Shown here piece after piece: positions 27,905 to 37,686 of a DNA stretch of 64,000 nucleotides (within the stretch, counting starts at the first letter, position 1; every line of letters starts with the position of its first letter). Source of the DNA: Thermodesulfobacteriota bacterium (GTDB lineage Bacteria; Desulfobacterota; Binatia; Bin18); NCBI GenBank assembly GCA_964291405.2, contig OZ219926.1:832001-896000 (forward strand), given 5' to 3'. The notes beneath the pieces were generated by a model, which was not told the origin of the DNA, did not search any database, and saw nothing but the letters and a program-made list of their open reading frames with translations. The position numbers and the translations under genes are program-made.

Positions 27905-30900
27905 TTACCCCAACGCGGCGAGATTCTCGTTGAGCGTCCCTAACTGCGACTCCATGTCGGCCAGCTTGGAGCGCTCTTTTGCGACCACCTCGGGGTTTGC
28001 CCGTGAGAGGAATTTCTCGTTACCGAGTTTTTTCCGTACGCCCTCAAGCGTACCACTCAGCTTTTTGATCTGTCCGTTCAAACGCGCCCGTTCTTTCTCG
28101 GTATCAATGACCCCGAGCACGTACACCTCAAGCTCGCCCACAACCGCGGTGGCGGAATCGCGCGTCCGTTCGGCGTCGGCGGCCATCTCAACAGACTCGA
28201 CCCCAGCCAGGCCTTGAATATGGATCAGACCCTTGTTCAGGATATCCGGCGCTTGGTCCACGGTTTTGATGCGCACCTGCACCCGCTGTTTCGGCGGCAC
28301 CGTATACTGGCTGCGGATATCGCGGATGGCCCGAATAATGTTCTGTAAAAAGTCTACCTGCTGTTCGAGTTGCTCATCCTGCCAACTCGTATTCGGTTGC
28401 GGCCAGGGCGCGTGGGATATCGAGGCCGGCGTCTGAAGCGGGCTCTCGATTCCGCGCCGGGCGGCATGTTCATTCAGTTGTTGCCACAAGAAGTCGGTCA
28501 CAAAAGGAATAAACGGGTGAAACAACCGCAGAGTCTGATCTACGCAAAAGGCCAGGACTTGTCGGGCGCTGTCCGCGCCGTCCGTGCGTAGACGCGGCTT
28601 GATCATTTCCAGATACCAATCGCACAGCTCCGACCAGAAAAAATCCCGCGCCACGGACAGGGCGGCCGCCGGATTATAGGTCTCAAGCTGCTGCTGTACT
28701 TCGGCGATTGCCCGCGTCAGACGGGATAATATCCAGCGCTCCTCGAACGGCAGTGTAGCCGGATTCAACTCCACGAAGGGGGCCAGCTCAAGGTTCAACA
28801 AGGCAAACCGCGTCGCGTTCCACAGCTTGTTGCAGAAGTGGCGACCGACCTCAAAGCGGTCGCTAATCAGCTTGGCCGAGGGGATGTCCGGCATAGTGCC
28901 GAGCACATCAAATTCTTTTCCAGTTTTGGGACACACATAGGTAAAAATGCTGCTGCCGTGCTTGGCTTTTGCCAGGTCTACGGGCTCATTGGTAAATGGC
29001 GATATGGCTTGAACGGGGAGGCGAATGTCCTGGGAGCCGGTTTGCATCTCACACAGGACGTAGCGCATGGCATCGCAGCCGTAGCGTTCGATAATATCCA
29101 CCGGGTCGATGCCATTGCCTTTCGACTTGCTCATCCGCTCGCCCTTGCCATCCAAAATCGTGGCATGGATAAAGACGTCGGTGAACGGCACGTCACCCAG
29201 GTTATACAGTCCCATCAGGACCATGCGGGCGACCCATAAGGTAATGATGTCGCGCCCGGTCACCAGACAGGAACCGGGATAATAATACGAGAGGCAGTCG
29301 GGGGAACCGTCGTGTGTCCCCAGGGGCGACTGACCGGCTTCAATAGCCGCAGTGTTGGGGTCGGGCCAGCCCAGGGTGCTGTGCGGCCACAACCCGCTCG
29401 AGAACCAAGTATCCAGCACGTCGGGATCACGAACAAAGCCAGCCGCTTCCAGGTCGCTCACCACGTCCGCTTGGCTGGACGGCTCACGCAAACACACCAG
29501 AATTTTTCCCTGGATTTGCGCTAACGTGTCGTCGGCAACGGATCGAGCCAGGTGATCGGGCGTATCGGGACCAATGAGTTCGTTGGTGTCGCCCGTTTGC
29601 AAACGGGCGACTACATCTTCCTGTGTTAGATAGGGTGTAAGCCAGGTAAGCTGTTCCAGTAATGCCTGGCCTTGAAAGCTACCCGACCAGATCGGAATCT
29701 GATGCCCCCACCAGAGCTGGCGGCTGATGCACCAGTCCCGCTTCTCGGCGAGCCAGTTGATATAGGTGTTCCGGTAGCGAATGTCCGGATGAAATGAAAC
29801 GTTCTTGCCCGTGGGCGAGCGCCACTTGCCTTCGGCAGCATCGAGGGCGGCCTGGGCGAGTCCGGGTGCGACAAATTCATTGGCCGTCCCCCGGCCGCAT
29901 ACGACACCCCCGTCCACATCACCCATGCGCACGAACCACTGCTCCGACAGATAGGGCTCAACCGGCGTCTTGGAGCGATCCGAGTGGCCGATTTCGATCT
30001 CCCGATCCTCAATCGCCTCAAGCAGGCCGAGAGCGTCCAAATCCTGGATAACCTTGTCTCGGGCCGTAAAGCGATCGAGTCCTTGATATGATCCGGCCTG
30101 GTCGTTCAAAGAACCATCGGCACTCAGAATGTTAATAATGCCGATCTCCTCGCTATGACGGCCCCAGACATCGTAGTCATTGGGATCGTGGCCTGGGGTG
30201 ATTTTTACACAACCGCTGCCGAGTTCGGGTTTTGCCCATTCGTCGCAGATGAGTGGAATCGGGCGGTCCAGCAGCGGGAGGCGCACCAGACGGCCGGCTC
30301 TGGCCATGGCCGCGAGCTGTTCAAGCTGCCGTAGATGTGTATCGCGTCGTTTTTCAAGCCGCGCCACTTCCGCTTCCAACTCGACCCGCTCTTTTTGGCC
30401 GGCTCGGGTCAGGCGCTCCTGTGTTTTGCGAATCAGTTCTTCCAGGGCTCCGCGTGGGTCGGGATGGCAGGCTACCGCCGTATCACCCAGCATAGTTTCA
30501 GGCCGCGTTGTAGCCACCACTACGTATTCCGGTTCGCCGGGCTGAGGGTGAATGACCGGATAGCGCAAATGCCAGAAATGCCCCTGGACGCTTTCGTACA
30601 CAATCTCGTCATCCGCGACCGCAGTCTGCAAGTGGCAGTCCCAGTTGACCAGGCGCGTCCCACGAAAAATCAGACTGTCCCGGAACAGGTGAAAAAAGGT
30701 CCACTGGACGGCCCGGGCACAAACCGCGTCCATGGTAAAGCGCTGGCGGTCCCAGTCACACGAACAGCCCATGGCTTGCTGTTGACTGACAATGCGGGCC
30801 TGGTATTGCTCTTTCCAGTCCCAGATGCGTTCGACCAGTGCCTCGCGGCCAATATCATGCCGCGTTTTACCTTCCAGTTCGAACAGGCGCTTTTCCACAA

Positions 30901-31177
30901 CGGCTTGCGTGGCGATACCGGCGTGGTCCGTTCCGGCCATCCATAGCGCGTTCTCTCCCATCATGCGATGCCAGCGCGTCAGCATGTCCTGCATGACGTT
31001 GTCCATGGCGTGCCCCATGTGCAGAGCGCCGGTGACATTCGGCAGCGGCATCATGATCACATAGCGTTGCTCGTTGTCATCTGGTGTCGCGGCAAAAGGT
31101 TTGGTCTCTGCCCAGCGTTGGACAATCGTCTTTTCCAGTGCGGTTGGGTCGTATTGGCTGGCCAGTTCGTTTGGCAT
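27905..31177 (-). CDS. valS: Valyl-tRNA synthetase (long form with insertions)
   Basis: PNVTGALHMGHA, GTDHAGIATQ, ATTRPETMLGD, DWCISRQLWWGH, DVLDTWFSS, RMSKSKGN, FCNKLWNA, C-terminal coiled coil. Confidence 0.96.
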   Translation of the reverse strand: MPNELASQYDPTALEKTIVQRWAETKPFAATPDDNEQRYVIMMPLPNVTGALHMGHAMDNVMQDMLTRWHRMMGENALWMAGTDHAGIATQAVVEKRLFELEGKTRHDIGREALVERIWDWKEQYQARIVSQQQAMGCSCDWDRQRFTMDAVCARAVQWTFFHLFRDSLIFRGTRLVNWDCHLQTAVADDEIVYESVQGHFWHLRYPVIHPQPGEPEYVVVATTRPETMLGDTAVACHPDPRGALEELIRKTQERLTRAGQKERVELEAEVARLEKRRDTHLRQLEQLAAMARAGRLVRLPLLDRPIPLICDEWAKPELGSGCVKITPGHDPNDYDVWGRHSEEIGIINILSADGSLNDQAGSYQGLDRFTARDKVIQDLDALGLLEAIEDREIEIGHSDRSKTPVEPYLSEQWFVRMGDVDGGVVCGRGTANEFVAPGLAQAALDAAEGKWRSPTGKNVSFHPDIRYRNTYINWLAEKRDWCISRQLWWGHQIPIWSGSFQGQALLEQLTWLTPYLTQEDVVARLQTGDTNELIGPDTPDHLARSVADDTLAQIQGKILVCLREPSSQADVVSDLEAAGFVRDPDVLDTWFSSGLWPHSTLGWPDPNTAAIEAGQSPLGTHDGSPDCLSYYYPGSCLVTGRDIITLWVARMVLMGLYNLGDVPFTDVFIHATILDGKGERMSKSKGNGIDPVDIIERYGCDAMRYVLCEMQTGSQDIRLPVQAISPFTNEPVDLAKAKHGSSIFTYVCPKTGKEFDVLGTMPDIPSAKLISDRFEVGRHFCNKLWNATRFALLNLELAPFVELNPATLPFEERWILSRLTRAIAEVQQQLETYNPAAALSVARDFFWSELCDWYLEMIKPRLRTDGADSARQVLAFCVDQTLRLFHPFIPFVTDFLWQQLNEHAARRGIESPLQTPASISHAPWPQPNTSWQDEQLEQQVDFLQNIIRAIRDIRSQYTVPPKQRVQVRIKTVDQAPDILNKGLIHIQGLAGVESVEMAADAERTRDSATAVVGELEVYVLGVIDTEKERARLNGQIKKLSGTLEGVRKKLGNEKFLSRANPEVVAKERSKLADMESQLGTLNENLAALG

Positions 31178-31245
31178 TAGCTCGCTCCTTGGGAAAGCAG
31201 ACTCACACGATGAAAGGCGCGATCTGTTGTCTCAGCATCCCAGTA

Positions 31246-31280
31246 AAAAGGGGCTTCCCTCTTTTTGAGAAAAGCCCCCT
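31246..31280 (-). terminator. Terminator-like hairpin after tRNA-Leu
   Basis: Minus strand AGGGGGCTTTTCTC-AAAAA-GAGGGAAGCCCCTTTTT. Confidence 0.65.
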
Positions 31281-31286
31281 GACTTA

Positions 31287-31370
<84 letters not shown>

Positions 31371-31537
31371 GTGAAGTACGTGAAGTACTTACCCGCCGCC
31401 CTGTTCGCCTGTCAATCCCGCGGGAGTGCAGCATGCCGGGGATCGCACCAGCGGATCTCGCCTGGCGGGGCTGGTCACTCTTGAACGGCCCACGCTGACA
31501 CAAAACAAAAGGTTATGGGGAGGGGTCGCTCCAGCCC

Positions 31538-31723
31538 TTACTCCGGTTCCTGATGACCCGCGTTGGCCAGGAATGAGACAAACACGGCCACGCTGAGTGC
31601 ACCTAAGACGCCCAGCGTCACGGCCCCAGTCGACACAAACCCCTCATCAGAAAAACCCGCGGCCTGCCAGGATCCGACCAATACGGCCGCCCCAACGACT
31701 ACGCCTAATACTGTCCCAAGCAT
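31538..31723 (-). CDS. Small two-TM membrane protein
   Basis: 61 aa with two hydrophobic helices; RBS AAGGAG. Confidence 0.6.
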   Translation of the reverse strand: MLGTVLGVVVGAAVLVGSWQAAGFSDEGFVSTGAVTLGVLGALSVAVFVSFLANAGHQEPE

Positions 31724-31919
31724 GCGCGAAACTCCTTGTCTTCCAATACAGCCTGCTGCTTCCTTTACCAGTTCTCCGGGTGGAGGACTAGGGTACTCCG
31801 GGGATCTAGGCGGATTCTCTTGCCCCAGTACAGCAGTCCTCAGACTTGCAGACTAGTATTTTTTCTGGATTCTCGGTAAGGGAAAGATACAATTCCATAC
31901 AACACTAAAGGAGGTTTAT

Positions 31920-33086
31920 ATGTCAGCGGGGAACGGTGAAGTCAGTCTTGAGGGGTCCATCGATTGTGACGGCCATATTTTGGAGCCGTCCGATTTGTGG
32001 GAACAATATCTTGATCCGCAATACCGCGAGCGGGCCATTCGGATTAAAACAGACGATGAGGGCTGGGAGTATTTTGAGTTTGATGGCAAACCGTCCCGAC
32101 TATGCGAGCGCGGTTTTCCCGGCATTCTGGGCGCCATGGGCCAGCCGGATATCGTACCCGGTCCGGACCGCCGCTATATTGATGGTGCGCCGTTTGGCTC
32201 AATGGACGCCAAGGAGCGCATAGAGCGGATTGATGGTGAAGGACTGGCAAAATCGATTCTCTACCCCACCATCGGCCTGTTGTGGGAGAGTGAGATCCAG
32301 GACCCGGAAATATCAGCCGCCTATTGCCGAGCCTATAACCGCTGGATTGTAGACTTCTGCTCCGAGTCGGGCGGCCGCCTTATTCCCATTGCCCATCTGT
32401 CTGGCACGGACGCCAACGAAGCGGCGACAGAACTGGAGCGTGCGGTCAAGGCGGGTTGCAAAGGAGCTTTTTTCGCGCCGTTTACCTGGACGAAGAAATC
32501 GCATGGGCATCCAGACTACGATCCGGTCTGGGCAAAGGCGCAGGAGTTGGACGTGCCCATTGCCCTACACCCCACCTTTGAACCCATCCAGTTCATGCCC
32601 CACGGGCGGTTTGAAGAACTCGTGCCAACGGAGCCGATTGACTTTAACTGGTATTTTGATGTGCTGGTCGCTCAGAATATGCAGCAGGCGTTTGTCTCGC
32701 TCTTTCACCATGGGGTGTTCGAGCGCTTCCCAAAGGTGAAGGCTGTCGTGCTCGAATCCCAGGCCGGCTGGATTGGCTATTTACTCGACCGGATGGATGC
32801 CGTGTTTGAGGGTCCGCTAGCCCATTCGACCCAACTCAAGGAGCGGCCCAGCTTTTATTTTCAGCGCCAGTGCTGGATTTCAGCCGACCCGGACGAAAAA
32901 GCTCTGCAGAACATCATTGAATTCGTCGGGGCCGACAAATTCTTCTGGGCCTCGGACTTCCCGCATCCGGACCACAGCGACCAGTATATGCCGGCCCTGA
33001 AACGACTGGTCACACCACTCTCCGAAACGGCCCGGCAGCAGGTCATCGGGGCAAATGTGGCGGAGGTCTATAAGCTGGGACAGTAG
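31920..33086 (+). CDS. Amidohydrolase_2 family metal-dependent hydrolase/decarboxylase
   Basis: IDCDGH, YPTIGL, AYNRW, IALH, LESQAGW, WASDFPHPD. Confidence 0.9.
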   Translation: MSAGNGEVSLEGSIDCDGHILEPSDLWEQYLDPQYRERAIRIKTDDEGWEYFEFDGKPSRLCERGFPGILGAMGQPDIVPGPDRRYIDGAPFGSMDAKERIERIDGEGLAKSILYPTIGLLWESEIQDPEISAAYCRAYNRWIVDFCSESGGRLIPIAHLSGTDANEAATELERAVKAGCKGAFFAPFTWTKKSHGHPDYDPVWAKAQELDVPIALHPTFEPIQFMPHGRFEELVPTEPIDFNWYFDVLVAQNMQQAFVSLFHHGVFERFPKVKAVVLESQAGWIGYLLDRMDAVFEGPLAHSTQLKERPSFYFQRQCWISADPDEKALQNIIEFVGADKFFWASDFPHPDHSDQYMPALKRLVTPLSETARQQVIGANVAEVYKLGQ

Positions 33087-33116
33087 CTCTTGGTGGACTA
33101 ACGGAGGACGACTCAC

Positions 33117-33143
33117 AGGCCCGCAGTTATTGCGGGCCTTTTT
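33117..33143 (+). terminator. Rho-independent terminator
   Basis: AGGCCCGCA-GTTAT-TGCGGGCCT-TTTT. Confidence 0.8.
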
Positions 33144-33193
33144 ACAGGAGCCCGGACCGGCCGGGCTAGACCGCTTTCCGTACACCATACCCC

Positions 33194-33925
33194 GTGCACT
33201 ACAAACTCCTGCTCGAATACGACGGGACCAACTATCATGGCTGGCAGATTCAGCCCACGGGTGCCACTGTTCAGGGGACGCTCGAAGCCGTCTTATCCCG
33301 AATTCTGAATAGGCCCATTCGCGTGCGGGTGGCTGGGCGAACAGATGCAGGGGTTCATGCGCTGGGCCAAGTGGCCACTTTTCAGTCTACCCCTTCTCTC
33401 GACCTTGTCCAGTTTCAGCACAACCTCAACTCGGTTCTGCCTTCGGATATTGCCATCCACGCAATCAGCGAGGTGTCGGACACCTTTCATCCGCGCTATG
33501 ATGCGCGCAGCAGGACCTATCAGTACCGTATATGGAACCGGCCCTACCCCTCGGCCATTCAGGCCCGCTACTCGTGGTATATCCCCTATCCTTTGGACCA
33601 GGAGGCAATGAATGCCGCCGCGACCCTGCTCATCGGACATCATAATTTTGCGTCTTTTCAGGGAGCGGACTCCGTAGAACGCACACCGTGGCGCACAGTG
33701 ATGCACAGTGCCGTCTGTCGCGAGCACGATTTTCTCATGTATACTGTCGAAGCCCGGTCATTTCTGCGCCATATGGTCAGAAATATTGTGGGCACCCTAG
33801 TAGATGTCGGTCGAGGCGCTTTGAGCACAGACGAATTTGCCGCGGTCTTTGCGGCGCACGACCGCTCTCGGGCCGGACTGAACGCACCGCCGCAGGGCTT
33901 ATTCCTGGTTGCCGTCCGCTATTAA
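33194..33925 (+). CDS. truA: tRNA pseudouridine(38-40) synthase
   Basis: EYDGTNYHGWQ, AGRTDAGVHA, FLRHMVRNIVG, APPQGLFL. Confidence 0.96.
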   Translation: MHYKLLLEYDGTNYHGWQIQPTGATVQGTLEAVLSRILNRPIRVRVAGRTDAGVHALGQVATFQSTPSLDLVQFQHNLNSVLPSDIAIHAISEVSDTFHPRYDARSRTYQYRIWNRPYPSAIQARYSWYIPYPLDQEAMNAAATLLIGHHNFASFQGADSVERTPWRTVMHSAVCREHDFLMYTVEARSFLRHMVRNIVGTLVDVGRGALSTDEFAAVFAAHDRSRAGLNAPPQGLFLVAVRY

Positions 33926-33939
33926 AAAGGCAGACACCT

Positions 33940-34704
33940 ATGGGACTTCTCCAGGATATCGCAGCAGCTCTCGCCCCCGTCGGGCTCAACCTCATCGGGA
34001 CAACGCCGAGGTCTGACTATGAGGCCCTGGTTCCGCCGCGGTATCATATCAAGCAGCAGTTTCCTGAGACCGAGACTGTCGTTGTTATTGGGAATGGCGG
34101 TGGAGAATTTTGGAACCACTTCCGGGAGTATACCGAGGTACGGCCAGACTATCTCCAGCAGCATGAACATCCGCTGGACGACTACACCGTCGAAGTGATA
34201 AGGGCGCGGCTTACGCCGCTTTTAGACACGGCCCGCGCTCAGTATCGCCTTATCTATCCGTTTCAGTTTTTCAGCGGCCTGACCGTATCCTTCATGCATC
34301 TGGCGCAGGCTGCGCGGCTGTCAGTGCCCAGTATCCTTGGCGTCCAAATCCATCCCCGGTATGGGCCCTGGATAGCCTGGCGCGCCGCGGTCTTGATTGA
34401 TTACGACTTATCAGCGCCCTCGGCCCCGGCCCAAGACTTTGATCCGTGTTCCACCTGCGTGGAGCGGCCCTGTATAGCCGCCTGTCCGACCCAGGCCGTC
34501 AGCGCCGCACAAGGCTGGGACCTGCTTGCCTGTACGCAGTATCGTCTGCACGTCCCGACCGATTGCGCTGAGCGCTGTCACGCCCGGTACATCTGCGTCT
34601 ACGGCCGTGAGCATCGCTATCCTGAGGACGAACTCGCCTATCATCAGCGTCTCAGCCTTGCCACAGCGCAGGCGTACTTCAGGAAGTCCGAGGGGGCAAG
34701 CTAG
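33940..34704 (+). CDS. Fe-S protein with a CblC(MMACHC)/QueG-like region
   Basis: HPLDDYT, SILGVQIHPRYGPWIAWRAA, CSTCVERPCIAACP, C...CAERCHARYICVYG; ATG at 33940. Confidence 0.7.
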   Translation: MGLLQDIAAALAPVGLNLIGTTPRSDYEALVPPRYHIKQQFPETETVVVIGNGGGEFWNHFREYTEVRPDYLQQHEHPLDDYTVEVIRARLTPLLDTARAQYRLIYPFQFFSGLTVSFMHLAQAARLSVPSILGVQIHPRYGPWIAWRAAVLIDYDLSAPSAPAQDFDPCSTCVERPCIAACPTQAVSAAQGWDLLACTQYRLHVPTDCAERCHARYICVYGREHRYPEDELAYHQRLSLATAQAYFRKSEGAS

Positions 34705-35225
34705 TCGTTTGGCCGCAAATTTCCCTGCTCATCGAGCCTGAGATTCGTCTGCTTGGCCTGCTCAAGCACTTTCGGAGCCCAGGCCACATGACCGGCATCG
34801 GTTCCGCCTAGAATGGCCATCAGATGCGCGTCTGAATCGCCGACATTTTTGAATCCGCGCATCACGCCGGGCGGGACTGAGACCGTATCCCAGGCATCCA
34901 GGATCACTTCCTGTTCACCCTCATCTCCCCAATAGATGGACCATTTCCCCGACAGCGGGATGAACACTTCAACCGTACTGTGACTGTGCAGCGCCGCGCC
35001 TTTGCCCGGACTCGCACCCACATAGGTGACGTTAAAGTCCTGAACCGCGGTAATCGCAGGGTTGAGGTTCGTATCCTCGGTCACACCTCGGCCAATCACA
35101 TTATAGATGTCCCGTTCATGGCCCGGGATCTCACTATCAAGAAATGCCTGCGGGCTGGACTGAAGCTCTTTGAAACGGGCAACGCGTTCGAGCATCGCTT
35201 CTTTTGAAACGTGAGTGTTTGCCAT
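34701..35225 (-). CDS. Cupin domain protein
   Basis: GAALHSHSTVEVF, WDTVSVPPGVMRGF. Confidence 0.85.
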   Translation of the reverse strand: MANTHVSKEAMLERVARFKELQSSPQAFLDSEIPGHERDIYNVIGRGVTEDTNLNPAITAVQDFNVTYVGASPGKGAALHSHSTVEVFIPLSGKWSIYWGDEGEQEVILDAWDTVSVPPGVMRGFKNVGDSDAHLMAILGGTDAGHVAWAPKVLEQAKQTNLRLDEQGNLRPND

Positions 35226-35384
35226 TGGTCCCTCCTTAGCGGTCTTCTGCCGTGATTCTTCTTCCTTACCTCGGCCTGACCGGGAGGTGCAAGAGTTGAG
35301 TGGAATAATTGGAAGCAGACCCTATCCACCTCCCCAGAGAGAAGGTCGCTTGCATGGACGGGGAGAATCCAGTAAGCGCAGGGC

Positions 35385-36128
35385 ATGGCGACAAAGAACG
35401 GACGCGGCCGGGGGAGAAAGAGCAAACGTCCCCTCCCGTCGGACAAAAAAGCTGGGGATACTCACTCTTTTAAGCAGGCTCTGCGCGAAGAGGCAATTCT
35501 CCAAGCCGCGGCAGACTGTTTCGGCGAACAGGGCTACCGGGCAACGACGCTCGAAACCATTGCCGAGCGCTTGGGGATCTCCCGCGTCACCCTGTATCGT
35601 TACTGTCCGAGTAAAGAAGAGTTGCTGATTCGGGTGTTTGAGCGTTCTATTGCTATTTTTCAGCGCGACCTGCGGCAGATTTGTTCTCAGCCCATCGCGC
35701 CCGAGGAGAAACTACGGCAGATTATCCGGCATCAGGTCCGCCTCATGGCTGACCACCGCAACTTTTTGACGGTTTTTTTTAGTGAAGAGAGTCATCTGCC
35801 CCAGGAGATTGCCAAACGGGCACGCGCCGAACGACGGGTATACGACGGGCTTATTGAGGATGTGATTGCTGCGGGTGTCAAGGCTGGCCGCCTCGCCCCG
35901 CTTCCGGCCAAGCTGGTGTCGTTTGCTATTCTCGGCATGTGCAACTGGCTGTATCAGTGGTACCAACCTGAAGGACCGCTCTCCGCCGATGAGGTTGCCC
36001 GCAATTTTATCCAGTTGGTCGAGCAGGGCTATCTGCGTGCCGATCCGCAACAGGAAATTCTTCAGCGTTTAGAGAGAATGGAATCCGCACTGTCGAACCT
36101 GCGGGACGCTCGGCAATCGGACGGGTAG
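35385..36128 (+). CDS. TetR/AcrR family regulator (KstR2-like C-terminus)
   Basis: ILQAAADCFGEQGYRATTLETIAERLGISRVTLYRYCPSKEELL; ILGMCNWLYQWY. Confidence 0.9.
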   Translation: MATKNGRGRGRKSKRPLPSDKKAGDTHSFKQALREEAILQAAADCFGEQGYRATTLETIAERLGISRVTLYRYCPSKEELLIRVFERSIAIFQRDLRQICSQPIAPEEKLRQIIRHQVRLMADHRNFLTVFFSEESHLPQEIAKRARAERRVYDGLIEDVIAAGVKAGRLAPLPAKLVSFAILGMCNWLYQWYQPEGPLSADEVARNFIQLVEQGYLRADPQQEILQRLERMESALSNLRDARQSDG

Positions 36129-36130
36129 GT

Positions 36131-36625
36131 CTACTCGCCACCCCGCACGGGAATCGGAGAGTTGCACCAGCGGCCGCCAGCTTCGTCATAATGCGCCCAC
36201 CACCGCCGACCGTTTTTGCGAAAGAGTTTGAATGAACAGCCATGATCGTCACACCACGGCGGGCTGGGTTCGGTCTGGGGTGGAGGAGGAATAGGCTGCT
36301 GGGACTGGGGACGTGGCTGCTGGTGCTGGGGCCGTTGAGCGGGCTTCATTTTTGGCTGGCGAGGGGTAAAACCCATGGCTTCGAGCTCGACGATCACGGC
36401 GGCCATACCGCCGGCACCATCAACCGGCATCTCCAGACGGCACTCATAGCCCTCGGGGCTGATGCACCAGACCTCGCACGTCCCCATTGTCACCTGCGGG
36501 CTTGGCACCGGCAGAGGGGACTCTTCCGGCGGGGCATCCCCAGGACTTTCGCCAGGCCACTCCTCATCCCAAGCGGGCGAAGCCGGGAAGGAGGGGACAA
36601 ATCGTTTGGATGATTTACGCTCCAT
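36131..36625 (-). CDS. Pro-rich hypothetical protein with a C-terminal C-x2-H...H...C putative zinc finger
   Basis: ISPEGYECRLEM domain, Pro/Gln linker, WCDDHGCSFKLFRKNGRRWWAHYDEAGGRWC; overlaps the end of the upstream gene. Confidence 0.65.
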   Translation of the reverse strand: MERKSSKRFVPSFPASPAWDEEWPGESPGDAPPEESPLPVPSPQVTMGTCEVWCISPEGYECRLEMPVDGAGGMAAVIVELEAMGFTPRQPKMKPAQRPQHQQPRPQSQQPIPPPPQTEPSPPWCDDHGCSFKLFRKNGRRWWAHYDEAGGRWCNSPIPVRGGE

Positions 36626-37667
36626 TGACCTCTCGTCGGACAAGCTGGGCTCCTGCCACCAGGGCTCTCAGCTTGGCTCGGGCTAAATTCCGGGACGACG
36701 CAGAAAAACCACAATCGCAGGTCAGGTAGAGCTTTTCCGGATTCACATGTTCAAGCGTCAGACGGATACGTTCGGCCACATCTTCCGCCGTCTCCAGGTA
36801 CATAGATTTCACATCAATGACCCCAGCCGCAAACTCACGCTCATCACCGTACTGGCTCCAGAGTGCCAGCTCGGCCATTTCTCGATTCGCAAATTCCAAG
36901 GCGAATTGATCAACCTTGACGTCAAGAATACCGGGGAACAGCGGTTTATACGTCCGCTTCATGGCCGGCCGACCCTGATTATTACCAAAGCAAATGTGCA
37001 GGGCGATTTTGGCCTCCACACCCTCCAGGGTGGTATTGAACAGCTTCACTGTTTCTTCCATGGACAAGGCTGGCTCCCGGCCCACGGCGGATGGTTCGTC
37101 AAGTTGAATAAAGGTCGCACCAGCCGCAACAACACCACGGAGTTCCCTATTCACCAACTCTGCCAAGTCGTACAGGAGCGGCAGATAGTCGTCCTGTGGA
37201 TAACCAGCCTTAAGCCGGATGGGCATGGCAATCGTGAGCGGACCGGGACAGCAGACTTTGAGCGGTCTATCGGTTTGGGCTCGGACAAAGGTAAATTCGT
37301 CAACCAACCCGAAGCCGTCAGGGGCGCTGACCCGTTCGGTTGTCTCAAAACGCGGCGCACTATCATAGCTCATGATACCGAGCTTGCGTTGCGCACGGAC
37401 CATATTGAGGCCGGATAATTTTTCGACCACGTTCCACAGAAAGCGCTGACGACGAATCTCACCATCGGTCAGAATGTCTAGGCCGGCTTCTTCTTGGTCC
37501 CAGACGGCCATTTTTACTGCATCTTGAATGGCTTCTTCGACATCTGCCGGACCGGCAGTCCCGGCTCGGAGGGCCCTTCTGGTGGCAATCAACCACGATG
37601 GTGAGGCATAGGAGCCAACGCCCATTGTGGGGAAAAGCCCAAGATCGGTGCCATTGAGGGTCGGCAT
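36615..37667 (-). CDS. Cobalamin-independent methionine synthase II family, catalytic domain only
   Basis: VGSY, QEEAGLDILTDGEIRR, PGPLT, IQLDEP; Zn ligands in HICFGN, LEFA, CDCG; 350 aa. Confidence 0.88.
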   Translation of the reverse strand: MPTLNGTDLGLFPTMGVGSYASPSWLIATRRALRAGTAGPADVEEAIQDAVKMAVWDQEEAGLDILTDGEIRRQRFLWNVVEKLSGLNMVRAQRKLGIMSYDSAPRFETTERVSAPDGFGLVDEFTFVRAQTDRPLKVCCPGPLTIAMPIRLKAGYPQDDYLPLLYDLAELVNRELRGVVAAGATFIQLDEPSAVGREPALSMEETVKLFNTTLEGVEAKIALHICFGNNQGRPAMKRTYKPLFPGILDVKVDQFALEFANREMAELALWSQYGDEREFAAGVIDVKSMYLETAEDVAERIRLTLEHVNPEKLYLTCDCGFSASSRNLARAKLRALVAGAQLVRREVNGA

Positions 37668-37686
37668 GACTACTTTCCTGTTCTTC

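Noticed and set aside
31178-31285. T-box riboswitch upstream of valS
   Set aside because: The leader is only about 110 bp, has no T-box consensus, and its hairpin is explained as the tRNA terminator.
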